The notes under the pieces were generated by a model. It searched no databases. It was not told the origin of the DNA and saw only the letters and a list, made by a program, of their open reading frames with translations. The position numbers and the translations under genes are program-made. From assembly GCA_965223325.1 (NCBI GenBank), contig CBDCWI010000002.1:4064001-4128000 (forward strand): 64,000 nucleotides of DNA, given 5' to 3'. How positions within the stretch are numbered: the first letter of the stretch is position 1; each line of letters opens with the position of its first letter. Shown here in pieces: positions 62,556 through 64,000 of this stretch. This DNA comes from Candidatus Multivoradales bacterium. Lineage in GTDB: Bacteria; Acidobacteriota; Thermoanaerobaculia; Multivoradales; Multivoraceae.

Positions 62556-63395
62556 ATGGCGACTAGAAAGAAAGCGAAACGCAAGAAGGCGAAACGCAAG
62601 ACCGCGAAACGCAAGACCGCGAAGAGGCGGACCACGAGGAAGAAGGCAACACGCAAGAAGGCCAAGCGCAAGACCAAGAAGAAGGCAACACGCAAGAAGG
62701 CCAAGCGCAAGACCAAGAAGAAGGCCAAGCGCAAGACGGCGAAGCGCAAGACCAGGAAGAAGGCCAAGCGCAAGACGGCAAAGCGTAAGACCAGGAAGAA
62801 GGCCAAGCGCAAGACGGCGAAGCGTAAGACCAGGAAGAAGGCCAAGCGCAAGACGGCGAAGCGTAAGACCAAGAAGAAGGCCAAGCGCAAGACGGCGAAG
62901 CGTAAGACCAGGAAGAAGGCCAAGCGCAAGACGGCGAAGCGTAAGACCAGGAAGAAGGCCAAGCGCAAGACGGCGAAGCGTAAGACCAGGAAGAAGGCCA
63001 AGCGCAAGACGGCGAAGCGTAAGACCAGGAAGAAGGCCAAGCGCAAGACGGCGAAGCGTAAGACCAGGAAGAAGGCCAAGCGCAAGACAGCGAAGCGTAA
63101 GACCAAGAAGAAGGCCAAGCGCAAGACGGCGAAGCGTAAGACCAGGAAGAAGGCCAAGCGCAAGACGGCAAAGCGTAAGACCAGGAAGAAGGCCAAGCGC
63201 AAGACGGCAAAGCGTAAGACCAGGAAGAAGGCTACGCGTAAGAAGGCCAAGCGTAAGACCAAGAAGAAGGCTACGCGTAAGAAGGCCAAGCGTCGGACCA
63301 AGAAGAAGGCTACGCGTAAGAAGGCCAAGCGTCGGACCAAGAAGAAGGCCACGCGCAAGAAGGCCAAGCGCAGGACGACCCGCAGAAGGCGCTAG
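62556..63395 (+). CDS. Histone H1-like / Hc2-like basic protein built from 13-aa repeats
   Basis: GGAGG RBS, 279 aa of only K/R/A/T after Met, 39-bp tandem units with synonymous variation, downstream terminator. Confidence 0.82.
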   Translation: MATRKKAKRKKAKRKTAKRKTAKRRTTRKKATRKKAKRKTKKKATRKKAKRKTKKKAKRKTAKRKTRKKAKRKTAKRKTRKKAKRKTAKRKTRKKAKRKTAKRKTKKKAKRKTAKRKTRKKAKRKTAKRKTRKKAKRKTAKRKTRKKAKRKTAKRKTRKKAKRKTAKRKTRKKAKRKTAKRKTKKKAKRKTAKRKTRKKAKRKTAKRKTRKKAKRKTAKRKTRKKATRKKAKRKTKKKATRKKAKRRTKKKATRKKAKRRTKKKATRKKAKRRTTRRRR

Positions 63396-63422
63396 CGCGC
63401 TGTTCTGACGGAAACGTCAACG

Positions 63423-63461
63423 GGCCCGGGTCCGGTACTCTTACCGGCTCCGGGCCTTTTT
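63423..63461 (+). terminator. Rho-independent terminator
   Basis: GGCCCGGGTCCGGTA-CTCT-TACCGGCTCCGGGCC followed by TTTTT. Confidence 0.8.
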
Positions 63462-63516
63462 GCGTGCGAGAAGAGGCTCGCCATCCATTGGCACCAGACG
63501 TCGAAGGAGTTCCCCG

Positions 63517-64000
63517 CTGACTCAGTCCCCAGATCTCCGCCCCGAGCGAACGCCACCTTCTGACGACGGTTCGAAGGTCGAGAACTGGCCGGCCGCGGCC
63601 GCCGTGGCACTCGGCCTGGCATTGTTGACGATCGGGGCAGGCCTGCTTGGCTGGCGCCTCGGTGGTGACCTCATGACTCCTGTGGGACGCGACGCTGGCT
63701 TTCTCTCAGGGTTTCGTTTCCCAACCCTCGACGGCGAGCGCTTGGGTCCACCCGACTTCAAAGGCCAGGTCGTCGTGCTCGACTTCTGGGCGACCTGGTG
63801 CACTCCCTGTCGTGCGCAAGCGCGAATCCTCGAGCAAGTGCGCAGCGAGTACCCTCCCGAGGACGTTTCGTTCCTCGCCATCAGCGTCAACGAGGAGCGC
63901 GAAACCGTCGCTGGTTTTCTGCGCAAGAACCCGGGTGCCTACACCTATCCCGTCGTCGTCGATACCGACGGCGCCTCCAGCTCGCGCGGTGGTGTTCACG
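63517..64000 (+). CDS. TlpA/ResA-like thiol-disulfide oxidoreductase (3'-truncated; absent from ORF track; start uncertain)
   Basis: Frame reads TM helix then PTLDG...DFKGQVVVLDFWATWCTPCRAQ...FLAISVNE; AAGGAG precedes CTG at 63517. Confidence 0.85.
   Translation, partial: MTQSPDLRPERTPPSDDGSKVENWPAAAAVALGLALLTIGAGLLGWRLGGDLMTPVGRDAGFLSGFRFPTLDGERLGPPDFKGQVVVLDFWATWCTPCRAQARILEQVRSEYPPEDVSFLAISVNEERETVAGFLRKNPGAYTYPVVVDTDGASSSRGGVH

Noticed and set aside
62552-63367. Antisense hydrophobic repeat ORFs (FFLVLRFAVLRLA)
   Set aside because: Mirror of the K/R repeat; RBS and terminator support the + strand.

Overview
GC-rich bacterial chromosome segment, most likely Acidobacteriota (inferred from an ADOP-type duplicated permease, DUF4388/DUF1844 genes and overall gene content). 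Positions 1-25.4 kb hold a purine/nucleoside scavenging and catabolism region. It contains a TonB receptor, an AhcY-family hydrolase with an MTA/SAH-type deaminase, AllE, guanine deaminase, a fused single-chain xanthine dehydrogenase, an internally deleted uricase remnant, allB-uraD-uraH-allA-M20 hydrolase, two CNT transporters, PNP and hflKC. An ECF sigma/ADOP operon interrupts it. The rest is largely housekeeping: dcd, glpX, acyl-CoA dehydrogenase, RsbW/STAS, envC-ctpA-like-yibQ-like, vapBC, mazG, dnaK-hsp20-hspR, DnaC-like ATPase, SpoIID, mce, carA/carB, fumC, dinB, hslR, a K/R/A/T-only histone-like protein and a TlpA. The most striking unexplained signal is a family of four ~250-nt structured intergenic elements (~1244, ~5483, ~41024 and ~50210 on the minus strand). 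Each starts at the stop codon of the upstream gene, in that gene's orientation. Each has a 16-18 bp perfect stem whose outer part differs between loci but stays complementary, a ~76-81 nt A-poor variable loop, and conserved motifs GTGGT / TTACCAC / CGGCGCAAGCGGTCCGT / GTCGCGCGCC. Three of the four are tandemly amplified (units of 264, 132 then ~255, and 252 bp). No cognate transposase or RT is in the window. All calls come from reading the sequence; no database searches were run.
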